A stretch of DNA of 64,000 bases. It comes from Chiloscyllium plagiosum. Lineage: Eukaryota. Under the pieces are notes generated by a model that worked only from the letters and a program-made list of their open reading frames with translations, ran no database searches and was not told the DNA's origin. The stretch spans positions 12,251,144 through 12,315,143 of the forward strand of contig NC_057750.1 in the NCBI RefSeq assembly GCF_004010195.1, written 5' to 3'. The translations under genes and the position numbers were made by a program. This document shows, piece by piece, positions 24,296 through 35,480 of the stretch (its first letter is position 1; the number at the start of each line of letters is the position of its first letter).

Positions 24296-25138
24296 GATCA
24301 ACTGCGATCTCCTTGGTAGGGTGGGCTTGATGGTTTGAATGGCATACCTCTGCATCTACATCTGAGAGTGGTATGGCACTCTTGGTCTTTACGTCTCCTG
24401 TCCCAGCTCCTTCATTAAATAAAATGAGCATTTGGAGGCAGCTAATTTGTACAAAGAGAATTCGCTTGTTGATTAAGTAATGCATTAAGTACTGGATTAT
24501 GTGAATGAATAATGGATGAATAAAATCTGGACCTTTGAAATATTCATTCAGCAAAAACTCCCAGTGTCTGCACAGCACTACAGACAACTAGTTTGGTAAA
24601 AGAGCTACTTTGAAGCCAAAATATTGGTTGAGGGATATTATAGTCGAATGCAATAATCACATTTTACCCTGCAACAAGCAACAAGATTTATTTTTGAATT
24701 AATTAGCTGGGTAATATCACTGAAGCTTCAGAAGGAATTATGGAAAGTAAGAGTAGATTATTTGGTGCACCTTACGATGCTGAATACATTGATGGATAGA
24801 CAAGTGTTTCAACTTCTGCCAATTCCTGGCCTGATACGACATGATTTAATACAGAGCAAGCATTCTTTTCACTACTCCAATGGTTCACCGTAGTTTACCG
24901 TATCACACTGCTTTCTGTGGCAGTAGACTGCTCCAGTTTAATTCAAGCTGGAATTTTACTGTTCAGCAGACTGTGAAGGGTCTTTTATGAAATTGATTGA
25001 ATTAAAATGTAACCCAAAAATAAAGGCTGAGCCTTTACTGTTGCTGAGTCAAAATCCTGGAACTCAGTCCCTAATGGCACGATGGTGTCCTTACATCAAA
25101 TGGACTGCAATAGTTCAAGACGTCTACGTGAACTTCAG

Positions 25139-25366
25139 AGTTGGGAGTGTGTTGCTGGAAAAGCCAGCAGGTCAGGCAGCATCTGACGAGCAGGAGAATC
25201 GACATTTTGGGCATAAACTCTCATCAGGAAGGGCTATGGGATTCCTGATGAAGGGCTTATGCCAGAAATGTAAATTCTCCTGCTCCTCAGGTGCTGCCTG
25301 ACATGCAGTGCTTTTCCAGCAACACAATCTCGACTCTGGTCTCCAACATCTGCAGTTCTCACTTTC
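25139..25366. mobile_element. Palindromic PLE-derived element with two inverted hammerhead-like cores
   Basis: Inverted arms around TCATCAGGAA...TTCCTGATGA. Degenerate 16-bp flanking duplication at 25123-25138 and 25367-25382. Confidence 0.85.
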
Positions 25367-26550
25367 TCTATATGGACTTCAGTAAGGCATTCAACGAGGT
25401 TCCTCATGGTAGGCTGGTTAGCTAGGTTAGATCACATGGAATCCAGGGAAGACTAGCCATTTGGATACAGAACTGGTTCGAAGGTAGAAGAAAGAGGGTG
25501 GTGGTGGAGGGTTGCTATTCAGACTGGAGGCCTGTGACCAGTGGTGTGCCATAAGGATTGGTGCTGGGTCCACCGCTTTTTGTCATTTATATAAATGATT
25601 TGGATGTGAATGTAGAAGATGTGGTTAGTAAGTTTGCAGATGGCACTGAAACTGGAAGTGTATTGGACAATGAAGAAGGTTACCTCAGATGACAATGGCC
25701 CATCTGATCAAGATCCCAATGGGCTGAGAAGTGACAGATGGAGTTTGATTTAGGTAAATGTGAAGTGCTGCATTTTGAAAAAGCAAATCAGAGCAGGACT
25801 TAAACATTTAACAGTAAGGTCCTAAGTAGTGCTGCTGAACAAAGAGACCTTGGAGTGCAGGTTCAAAGCTCCTGGATAGTGGAGTGACAGGTAGATAGGA
25901 TAGTGAAGAAAGCGTTTAGTATGCTTTCCTTTATTGGTCAGAGTATTGAATACAGGGGTTGGGAGGTCATGTTGCGGCTGTACAGGACATTGATTAGGCC
26001 ACTTTTGGAATATTGCATGCAATTCTGGTCTCCTTCCTTTTGGAAGGATGTTGTGAAATTTGAAATGTTCAGAAATGATTGACAAGGATGTTGCCAGGGT
26101 TGGAGGATTTAAGCTATAGCGAGAGGTTGAATAGGCTAGGGCTGTTTTCCCTGAGGCTGAGGGGTGACCTTATAGAGGTTTATAAAATCATGAGGGGCAT
26201 GAATAGGATAAATATCCATGGGATCTCTTCCCTGGGTGGGGGAGTCTAGAACTCAAGGGCATAGGTTGAGGGTGAGAGGGGAAAGATATAAAAGAGACCT
26301 AAGGGGCAACTTTTTCACACAGAGGGTGGTACGTGTATGGAATGAGCTGCCAGAGGAAGTGGTGGAGGCTAGTACAATTGCAACATTTAAGAGGCATTTG
26401 GATGGGTATATGAATAGGAAGGGTTTGGAGGGATATGGGTCGGGTGCTGGCAGGTGGGACTAGATTAGGTTGGGATATCCAGTCAGCATGGACGGGTTGG
26501 ACTGAAGAGTTTGTTTCCGTGCTGTACATCTCTATAACTGTATGACTCTA
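25367..26550 (+). mobile_element. HER1/CR1 LINE, 5'-truncated
   Basis: RT through RGNFFTQRVVRVWNELP to the 3' tail TATGACTCTA. Confidence 0.95.
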
Positions 26551-26787
26551 CGACAGTTTACCATTATCTTCTCAAGGGGCAATTAGGGATGGGCACCAAA
26601 TGCTTGTCTAGTCAGCGTTACCACATTGTATAAAAGAAAAGAATCTAAAGTTCTGTACACCAGAGTTTCAAAAGTCCTGTGCTATAAATTAAAGGACCTA
26701 TAATAATGCATTGCTTTACTTTAGGAAGAAATACTGAAACATTAGTTTTTATGCAGTGCTGTAAAAACCTGGAAGCATTTCAGAGAT

Positions 26788-26973
26788 GCAGTGACTTGTT
26801 ATGTAGGCAGACATGTTGGCACACATCAAGATTCCAGAAACCACAGTGAGATCATGAGTAGTGAATTCCTGTTTGTGGGTGCAGCAATTTGTCATATAGG
26901 CAGACACATTAGCACAAAGCAAGATCCTGTAACTGCAGTGAGATGTGTGAGCAGTGAATACATGTTTGTGAGT
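26788..26973 (+). repeat. Diverged tandem duplication, 2 x 93 bp
   Basis: GCAGTGACTTGTTATGTAGGCAGACA... versus GCAGCAATTTGTCATATAGGCAGACA... Confidence 0.85.
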
Positions 26974-26979
26974 TTGCCA

Positions 26980-27225
26980 GTTTAGTGAAAAATGTTGCCC
27001 TGATTACCTCTGCTGTTCTTCCATTGTGCAATGAAGTCTTTTCTACTGAGGACATGAATGAATAGGTCCTGGTTTAACTACTCACATAAAGGGCAGTAGC
27101 TCTGACAGTACAGCCTCCATGTGCATTGTAGTTTGAAGCTAAATTTTTTGCTCATGTTCTGGTGAGAGTGGGGCAACCTGAATCCTCAAATGTTAAAGAT
27201 GAAAATCTAGCAATTGAGCTAACCT
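26980..27225 (-). mobile_element. SacSINE1-like DeuSINE fragment
   Basis: GGTCCTGGTTTAAC...CTCTGACAGTACAGC matches the reverse-complement Deu-domain. Confidence 0.5.
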
Positions 27226-28046
27226 AAAACTCTGAAAGGCTGACTTTTGAGAGTCCTTTTGGAATTAAGATGGGATCTTAATGCAAGAGGTCATTCTGGT
27301 AAACACGTTAGAGCTCACTTTAGGGATGGCTGCTCCAAAATTGTTTAAGGAATTGATTGCCTATTGGTACACTTTTAAATAAACCACTTGGCATTTTGGC
27401 GAAGCTAGTGTTTTAGCTAATGCCCATTCCTGAAGGCAGCCAATTGTTTGGAACTGGCTGTTGATTTCAAACACTTGTGAAAAGGATCAGCATTTCATGG
27501 TTGTTACTTCTCGAGCTGGGAAGAGGAGCTCTGAAACTCATTGAAATACTTTCTGGGAAGTTCAGTGAAGCCTTCACTAACTCTTGATCAAAATTGATTC
27601 CAGGAGTTCTTCAAACTTTCACCTAATGTGTGCAAGTACTGTGTCCTGCGCTTTACTAGAGATCCCATGGATCATATCAACAGAAGAAAGGGAGTGTTTG
27701 GTCCTGGGCATCTTGCGAGGAGTCCTCTTCATCCTCTGCTGGATGAGGAATGGGAGGAGGATATGAGCTCAGGCAGAGCCATAACCTGCTGCAGAGGAGA
27801 GGCTAAGTAGGGCAAGGTGTGTGGGTGAAATCCTCACATTTTAGGGCACAGGCAGTTTTTCCGATACCTGGATCTCCAGTTAGATTGGACAACTTGCAAA
27901 GCTTTTCATTCCCAGAGTCATCGAAAAACATACTAATCAGACAACTTTTCATCAACATTGCTACATACAGGCTCACTTGTATTTGTCCCCCAAAAAAAGT
28001 ATTTAATCAACATGTGAATATTTGTGGTTACCACCTTCAAGCAAAT

Positions 28047-28360
28047 GAGGTGGGGGTAAAAGAGGGGTAGGTGCTTGTCAAAGATAGTATTACAGCTGTG
28101 GAAAGGACGATGGATGAAGACTCGCCATCTGAGGTAGTTTGGGCTGAGGTTAGGAATAGGAAAGGTGAGGTCACCCTGTTAGGAGTTTTTTACAGGCCTC
28201 CTAATAGTCCTAGAAACGTAGAAGAAACGATTGCGAGGATGATTCAAGAGAAGAGTGAAAGTAATAGAGTGGTTGTTATGGGGGACTTTAACTTTCCTGA
28301 TAATGATTGGGAAAGCTATAGCTCAAGTTCGTTAGATGGGTCAGTGTTTGTACAATGTGT
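28047..28360 (+). mobile_element. CR1 ORF2 APE endonuclease fragment
   Basis: LLGVFYRPPNS and VVVMGDFNFP in an open frame up to the gap. Confidence 0.93.
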
Positions 28361-28661
28361 NNNNNNNNNNNNNNNNNNNNNNNNNNNNNNNNNNNNNNNN
28401 NNNNNNNNNNNNNNNNNNNNNNNNNNNNNNNNNNNNNNNNNNNNNNNNNNNNNNNNNNNNNNNNNNNNNNNNNNNNNNNNNNNNNNNNNNNNNNNNNNNN
28501 NNNNNNNNNNNNNNNNNNNNNNNNNNNNNNNNNNNNNNNNNNNNNNNNNNNNNNNNNNNNNNNNNNNNNNNNNNNNNNNNNNNNNNNNNNNNNNNNNNNN
28601 NNNNNNNNNNNNNNNNNNNNNNNNNNNNNNNNNNNNNNNNNNNNNNNNNNNNNNNNNNNNN
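28361..28661. other. Assembly gap (301 N)
   Basis: Run of N. Confidence 1.
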
Positions 28662-30060
28662 TATACCTGTAGAAAGTTTTAGGGTTTTCCTTGATCCTAT
28701 CTGCAAGAGACTCCTTATGTCTTCTCCTGGTTCTTCTTAGCTGTCACTTCAGATCTGTCCAGGCGGATATCTAATTCTTAAGCGCCATAACAGAACAGTC
28801 ACGTCTCATCCTAATACTAGACGTGGACTATCAATAGAGATCCAGTCAGATCAAGAATCAAACTTCACATGCAAACTATTCAAGCGGGAATCGCACGGAC
28901 CACTAGAGAGATGGCATCAAACACTGAAGACCATGTTAAGGGCTTATGTTCAAGATTATCCAGATGATTGGGATAAGGTAGTTCCGTTTGCACTTCTTGC
29001 GATCAAAGATGAACCGAATGAATTGATCAAATTCAGTCCATTTGAATTAATGTTTGCATATGAAGTAAGAGGACCATTAAAACCGATTAAGGAGAAATTA
29101 CGAAGTCAAATTAAGAGACCATCCATTTGGACGAGGTGGAAAATTGTCAGGAATGATTAAATAGAGCTGGAGAGTTGGCGAAATGTATCACAGCATACAA
29201 TGAAACAAAAAGCAGATAAGAAATCACAAGTGCGCAATTTTCCAATTGGGATAAGGTATTGGTGTAATTTTGAGCGTCACATTTCAATTGTGCCCATTCC
29301 CTGCAGTTTATTTTTATAACCTATGCATCCTAAATCTTGCCTAATCGCATCATAATTGGCTTTCCCCCAGCTATAATTTTCGCCCACGGTATGCACCCAT
29401 CCCTTGCCATCGATGAAGCAAACATTAACGAATTTTGGCCACTGTCACCGAAGTGCTTACGTCCCTTCAAATCTAACACCTGGCCAGTTTCATTACCCAG
29501 TATCAAATGCAATGTGGCATCATCTATGATTGGTTTGTCGACATACTGTGTCAGGAAACCATCCTGCACACGTTGGACACAAACTGACACATCTAAAATA
29601 CTCGCACTACAATTTTTCCAATCAAAATTTGGACAGCTCAACTCCCCCGTAACAAACACCCTGTTAATCTTGCTCCTATCTAGAATGATATTTGCTATCT
29701 TTTCCTCTACATCTCTGGAACTCTTCTGAGGCCTATAGAATACTTCCGACAGGGTGATCTATTCTTTCTTGTTTCTAACCTCAACCCGTACAACCAGAGT
29801 AAACAAGTCATCAAACGTCCTATCTGCCACCATAATACTGTCCTTCACTAACAATGCCACACCTTTGCCTCTCTTACTCTCTACTCTGTTCTTACTGAAG
29901 CATATACATCCCGGAACCAGAAGAAACCATTCCTGTGCCTGTCCTGTCCATGTCTCCAAAATGGCCGTTACATTGAATTTCCATTTACTAACTCATGCTG
30001 CAAGTTCCTCCACCTTGTTTTGGATGGCTTTGGCGTTGAAGCAGACACCCTTCAAACCAC
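28662..30060 (-). mobile_element. CR1 ORF2 APE/linker fragment interrupted by a Gypsy integrase piece
   Basis: GVALLVKDSI and GFLTQYVDKP...ATLHLILGNE (29270-30060); SLADRIKENPKTFYRY (28662-28815). Confidence 0.85.
28817..29265 (+). mobile_element. Ty3/Gypsy integrase fragment
   Basis: EIQSDQESNFT, then LERWHQTLKTMLRAY...DWDKVVPFALLAI...FSPFELMFAYEVRGPL. Confidence 0.88.
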
Positions 30061-30318
30061 GTAAGTTTTCAATATCTCAGGAAGTGATTAATTTAAAAAA
30101 ATCTTTCGTCATTGTAAGCTGACTTTCCTGTCGAAGTGCCAATTTCTAAAGTTTTCTTCTCTCTCTCTTTCCCTTTTCTTCGCAAGAGATTTCCTGTCCA
30201 TTGTTTATTGCTATGCCGGAGTGATTCTATCCATTTCTTTTTGTTCTTTGAGAGTGATTCGTTCTTTTTCTCTCTCCTCTGCTTTTAAACGTAATTCCAA
30301 ACGTTTTAGTACCTTTCC
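30061..30318 (-). mobile_element. Probable Gypsy gag coiled-coil fragment
   Basis: LKRLELRLKAEEREKERITLKEQKE is a charged coiled-coil typical of vertebrate Gypsy gag. Confidence 0.45.
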
Positions 30319-30323
30319 ATGTT

Positions 30324-31005
30324 GATGGATGAGCAGGGTGTCCAGGTACACAGATCTTTGAAAGTTGCCACCCAGGTAAATAGTGCGGTGAAGAAGGCAT
30401 ATGGCGTACTGGCTTTTATTGGTAGAGGAATTGAGTTCCGGAGTACTGAGGTCATGTTGCAGTTGTATAAGAGTCTGGTGCGGCCGGATCTGGAGTATTG
30501 TGTGCAGTTTGGGTCGCCATATTATAGGAAGGATGTGGCGGCACTGGAACGGGTGCAGAGGAGGTTTACCAGGATGTTGCCTGGTATGGTAGAAAGATCG
30601 TATGTGGAAAGGCTGAGGCACTTGGGGTTGTTTTCATTGGAGAAAAGAAGGTTTAGGGGTGACTTGATAGAGGTGTACAAGACGATTACGGGTTTAGATA
30701 GGGTCGACAGTGAGAATCTTTTTCCACGTATGGAGTCAGCTATTACAAGGGGGCATAGCTTTAAATTAAGGGGGGGTAGGTATAGGACAAATGTTAGGGG
30801 TAGGTTCTTTACTCAGAGTCGTGAGTTCATGGAATGCCCTGCCAGTAGCAGTGTTGGACTCTCCCTCATTATGGGCATTTAAGCGGGCATTGGATAGGCA
30901 TATGGAGGATAGTGGGCTAGTGTAGGTTAGGTGGGCTTGGATCGGCGCAACATCGAGGGCCGAAGGGCCTGTACTGCGCTGTATTCTTCTATGTTCTATG
31001 TTCTA
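30324..31005 (+). mobile_element. Young CR1 LINE 3' end
   Basis: Open 187-aa ORF (LVRPDLEYCVQF...RGDLIEVYK); tail GGCCGAAGGGCC plus (TTCTATG)n. Confidence 0.95.
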
Positions 31006-31314
31006 ATCAATAATTTGGATCAAAACTGTTCAAAATCCAGGCTGTCAGACAAACCAGACTTTTTTGCATTTATTGCCCCTTTCATGTTTAGGCCATAACA
31101 ACCCCCCTAATGTTTTGTGTGTGCCAGACAAAAACACTGGTCATTTCTGAACCATCTTGTAAAATTTTGATGTCAAAAGTGTTTCACAATCAATAAACTT
31201 TGTTTGAATATTATAATACAGGAAATGAGCTGCCAATTTATGCCCAGCAAGCTCTCAGACAGCAATGTGACACACTTTTTTGGACTGAGACGAACCAGGA
31301 CACTTAAGATAATA

Positions 31315-31490
31315 GCAAAATAGTGCCTGAGATGATGGATGGAGCATCTGATTAGCATTCCAATTAAAAAAGGCACCTGCCGATAGTTCAGCAACCCCTC
31401 ATTACTGCAATGGAGCTTCAGCCTACCTTTTTATGTACAAGTTTCCAGAGGTGGACTTGAACCCACAACCTTCTGACTCAGACACAATCC
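31315..31490 (-). mobile_element. SacSINE1-like DeuSINE 5' part
   Basis: GGCACCTGCCGATAGTTCAGCAACCCCTCA...GGACTTGAACCCACAACCTTCTGACTCAGA. Confidence 0.65.
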
Positions 31491-31593
31491 TGACTCATTC
31501 ATCAGTGAACAAAACAAAGCAAAATGTTCTGACCACATTGGAACAAACAGTGCACACCCTGAGTAGCAACAGATTTTTTTAAATGTTTGAATT

Positions 31594-31798
31594 TGAAATA
31601 ACTGCACAGAGGCTGGTATCCCATCACCAAATCACCCTTTATTTACTTATGTGCAGTACACAGCCAGCTGGGAGTCAGTCTCCTGATTCTAAATCCCCTG
31701 TTATTTTGGTCAGCCAGGGCTTTCCTGATTGTCCCAGGTTAACAGTCCTAACCAAGGAGCTCATTGTCAATGAGATCTACCAGGTTCCAATCACTACA
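31594..31798 (-). mobile_element. Candidate solo LTR
   Basis: The minus strand begins TGTAGTGA and ends TTATTTCA, with an AATAAA near the 3' end. No clean TSD. Confidence 0.55.
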
Positions 31799-31804
31799 GT
31801 TTGA

Positions 31805-32015
31805 CCATGGGATGTGGGCATCACTGGCAAGGTCAGCATTTCTTTTCTGATCCTAATTGACCTTGAACTGAGTGGCTTGCATGGACATCTCAAAGGGCAG
31901 TTTGAAATCAACCACCTTGCTGTGGATCTGGAGTTACATCCAGACCAGACTCTGTAAGCATGGTAGATATCCTTCTCATCTGGGAAGTTGATGGGTTTTT
32001 ACAACAATCGATATT
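31805..32015 (-). mobile_element. SINE family B 3' half
   Basis: CATGGGATGTGGGCATCACTGGC...CCTTGAACTGAGTGGCTTG. Confidence 0.7.
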
Positions 32016-32034
32016 GGGAAAATGTGGAAGTTTG

Positions 32035-33428
32035 GAAAATTGCATCTAACTAACTTGCTGGTGTATTTTTTAACCAAGGTAAGAAAGGGTTGATGAGGGA
32101 AAGGCTTTCTTGTGTTGTACATTGACCTCCAAGATGCTGTAGTGCCACACAACAGACTTATGAAGGAAGTAATAGGTTGTGGAATAAAAGGGACAATGTG
32201 GATACAAAATGAGCTGGGGGATTAATGGGCATTGTTCACACTAGAAAAAGGTTTGGAGTGGAGTGCCTCAAGGATCGGAACTGGGATGTTTGTTTTTCCC
32301 GTTAAAGTGAACCAAGCCTTGGTGTGCAGGAGACAATTTCAATGATCATGGATGACATAGAAGCTGTCGGAATTGTAAACTGTGAGGAAAACAGTGCAGG
32401 ATTTCAAAGGGACATTGACAAGTTGGTGGAATGGGGAGGTAAATGGTCAACAAATTTTCGTGCAGAGAAATGTGAGGTAATGCGCTTTGACACAAAGACC
32501 ACGGAGAGACAACATAAAATAAAGGGTATTATTCTAAAGAGAATGCTGGAGAAGAGAGGCCTGTGTGTATATGTACATAAGTCTTTAAGGAGCTGTTAAT
32601 AAAGCATAATATATTCTAAGCTTCATTCATAGGAGCATAGCTTGCAAGAACAGGGAGGTTTTTATGAACTTAAATGACACACTGGTTATACCTTTGCTGG
32701 AATATTATGTACAGTTATGTGTGCCACCCTATAGGAAAGATGTGTATGTCTTCGAGGCAGTGCAGAAGAGGGGTACTAGAATTGTTCTAGAGATGAGATT
32801 CTTCATTATGAGAAAGGCAAAGTAGGAATAGTCATCGAGAGGAAAAGGCAATGGCAAGATGGATAGAGGTTTTTTTCAATTACGAGAGGTCCAAACAGAG
32901 TTATATGGAGAAACTGTTCATATTTGTAAACAGATTGTGATCAAAGAGCACAGTTTTAAACTGTTTTGAAAAAGAAATGTGATGTGAGAGAAAATCTTTT
33001 CATACAGTGAGTAATTCAGATTTTGAATGCACTGCCTGAATGTGTGGAAGAGGCAGGTTCAGTTATAGAGTCATAGAGATATACAGCATGGAAACAGACA
33101 CGTCGGTCCAACCCGTCCATGCCGACTAGATATCCCAAACCAATCTAGTCCCACCTTCCAGCACCCGGCCCATATCCTTCCAAACCCTTCCTATTCATAT
33201 ACCCCCAGGGAAAACAGCCCCAGCTTCTCCCTGTAGCTCAGATCCTCCAACCCTGGCAACATCCTTGTAGATCTCTTCTGAACCCTTTCAAGTTTCAAAA
33301 CATTGAAGTATTTGAGAAGGCATTGGAGGACTACTTAAATAGAAGCAATGTGCAGGGTTTGAAGAAAAAAGGCGGGAAATTGACACCAAATTAAACTGCT
33401 CATAGAACCATAAAAATTCAGTGATTCT
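32035..33428 (+). mobile_element. Old CR1 LINE RT plus 3' end
   Basis: FQRDIDKLVEWGGKW...AEKCEVM; carries a HER1 insert at 33064-33301. Confidence 0.8.
33064..33301 (-). mobile_element. Short HER1 3' fragment with internal deletion
   Basis: ATAGAGTCATAGAGATATACAGCATGGAAACAG...; present in only one arm of the inverted repeat. Confidence 0.88.
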
Positions 33429-34069
33429 CTCCGTTTGGTGAAATTCATTCTTCTCTTGAGGGGTTCCTTAACTGTGACTCAGACATGCCTTGATGAGGGT
33501 TAATATCTTATGCAAATTTGTCCTCCTCAAAAAAGCCATGATACTCCTTGATATATGCTCAATTTCAACATTAAAACCATGTGAACGCCACTTTGAACCC
33601 TGAGAATGCAGCTCAGTGTATCTTGCTTTGAGCAGGCTGTCACGGGCAAGATTGTCTTGATCATTATCATATGGCTAAGTGTGGGATCTTTCTCTACCAC
33701 TTCTCCCACCACCTGTTGTATGATACATCAGTGACTACATTTTAACTTCATTGGCTGTAAACTTGAACAGGATATTTTGAGTATACAGATGGTACACAAG
33801 TATATCTTTCTCTTCCTGTCCTCTGAACTCCACTAACAACTGCTTCCCTAGATTCTGTTTTCTGCATAATTTAGTCACCAACTGACACCAGCTCCATTGT
33901 TTCTTGTTCCTTGAAGTCCAGAGGTTGATACAGACTGCATATGGAGTGAGCTAACCAGAATCCTGTCCTGTTTTAATGTAGCTTCCCATGGCTACCAAAC
34001 TTGTATATTTCTTATAACCCCGTCTGTATAGGAAGAAAGATGAGAGAAAGCTTGGCACCGTTACAAGGT

Positions 34070-34280
34070 CGAGAGTGTGGTGCTGGAAAAGCACAGCAGG
34101 CTAGACAGCATCTAAGGGGCAGGAAAATCAACGTTTCGGGCAAAAGCCTTTCATCATGTCCTGATGAAGGGCTTTTGCCTGAAACATTGATTTTCCTGCT
34201 CCTCTGATGCTGCCTGACCTACCGTGCCTTTCCAGCACCACACTCTCGACTCGAATCTCCAGCATCTGCAGTACTCACTT
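34070..34280. mobile_element. Palindromic PLE-derived element with two inverted hammerhead-like cores
   Basis: Inverted arms centred at ~34158; degenerate 18-bp flanking duplication at 34052-34069 and 34281-34298. Confidence 0.87.
34157..34192 (+). ncRNA. Minimal hammerhead-like core
   Basis: CTGATGA-A-GGGC-TTTT-GCCT-GAAA-CA-TT. Core boxes are intact; the stem III palindrome has decayed. Confidence 0.6.
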
Positions 34281-35094
34281 TTGCCACTATTTCAAGGTGA
34301 CAGACCCTTTCAAGACAAAAAAAAGCTATCCACTGGAGGACCAATGGGTGAGCAGTACATGAGACCCCCAATGTATTCCGCATGGAGCATTCCAATCTGT
34401 ATCCACAAACTGCACAGGTGATGAACTTTGTTTTCTTTTGTAGATGCGGCAGGCATTTTATAGAGCTCCTCAGGTGTCATGTAGCAAAGTACTGCCAGCA
34501 CGTTCTATCTTCCTAATTTGCGATCGTTGCCTATGCCTAAGATGCACTGAGCTGCATTCTCAGGGTTCAAAGTGGCTTTCACATGGTATTAATGAGAAAA
34601 TTCAGCATATATCAAGGAGTGTCATGGCTTTTTTAAGAAGGACAAATCGCACAAGATATTAACCCTCATCAAGGCAAGTCTGAGTCACAGTTAAGGAACC
34701 CCTCATGAGAAGAATGAATTTCACCAAACGGAGAGAATCACTGAATTTTTATGGTGCAGGAGATGATCATTTGGCCCATCATGTCTGCACTGGCGCTATG
34801 AGCAGTTTAATTTAGTGTCAATTTCCTACTTTTTTTCTTTAAATTCTGCACATTGCTTCTATTTAAATACTTCAATTGCACCTGCCTCTTCCACACATCC
34901 AGGCAGCGCATTCAAAACCTGAATTACTCACTGTATGAAAAGGTTTTCTCTCACATCACATTTTTTTTTCAAAACACTTTGAAACTGTGCTGTTTGGTCA
35001 CAATCTGTTTATAAATATGAACAGTTTCTCCACATATCCTTGGAGTAATGGGACATGTATGACAGGGTTTGAGTATTCCAAAGCTGTTCATATT

Positions 35095-35480
35095 CATTTG
35101 CATCGAATAAGAAAAGGACAAATTTACATTTATCTCATACTTTGTTCTGGGAAAGGGCTTTCGAACTTTGAAGTACTTCTAGAATGCAAGAGTTGTGGGA
35201 AAAACAGCAGTGCAGTGAAGGCTCAAAAACATCAATGTGATAATGAATGGCCAAACAATTTTTTAGGTCTTAGTTGATGAAAAATCATTGGTCAGGATAC
35301 CTAGGAAAACTCATCTCCACATCCCAACTGATAGGACAGTTGAAGTGAGTCAGCATCTCTGATAATGCAACTCTTAGTTGGAACTGGATTGTAGTATCTG
35401 TCGATATTTTGTTTTCAAGTTTTGGGAGTGGGGCTTGAGCCTCCAACATTTTGACTTGGAGGAGGGTGTTACCCATTCAG
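35095..35480 (-). mobile_element. Degenerate SacSINE1-like DeuSINE
   Basis: Collinear by eye with 13515-13862 and 42764-43200. Confidence 0.55.

Larger units (their letters stand above)
25030..26640 (+). mobile_element. LINE family B 3' end split by HER1 (pieces ~25030-25120 and ~26551-26640)
   Basis: GGACTGCAATAGTTCAAGA resumes as CAGTTTACCATTATCTTCTCAAGGGGCAATTAGGGATGGGCA. Confidence 0.7.
32906..35032. repeat. Large inverted duplication: arms 32906-33624 and 34539-35032
   Basis: The arms align as reverse complements across the CR1 3' end and ~200 bp of adjacent flank. Confidence 0.92.

Noticed and set aside
27628..27810. Acidic short ORF (LLDEEWEEDMSS)
   Set aside because: No homology recognised and no supporting exons.
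30211..30621. 136-aa ORF as a chimeric gene
   Set aside because: It is an antisense CR1 frame fused by chance to a gag-like remnant.
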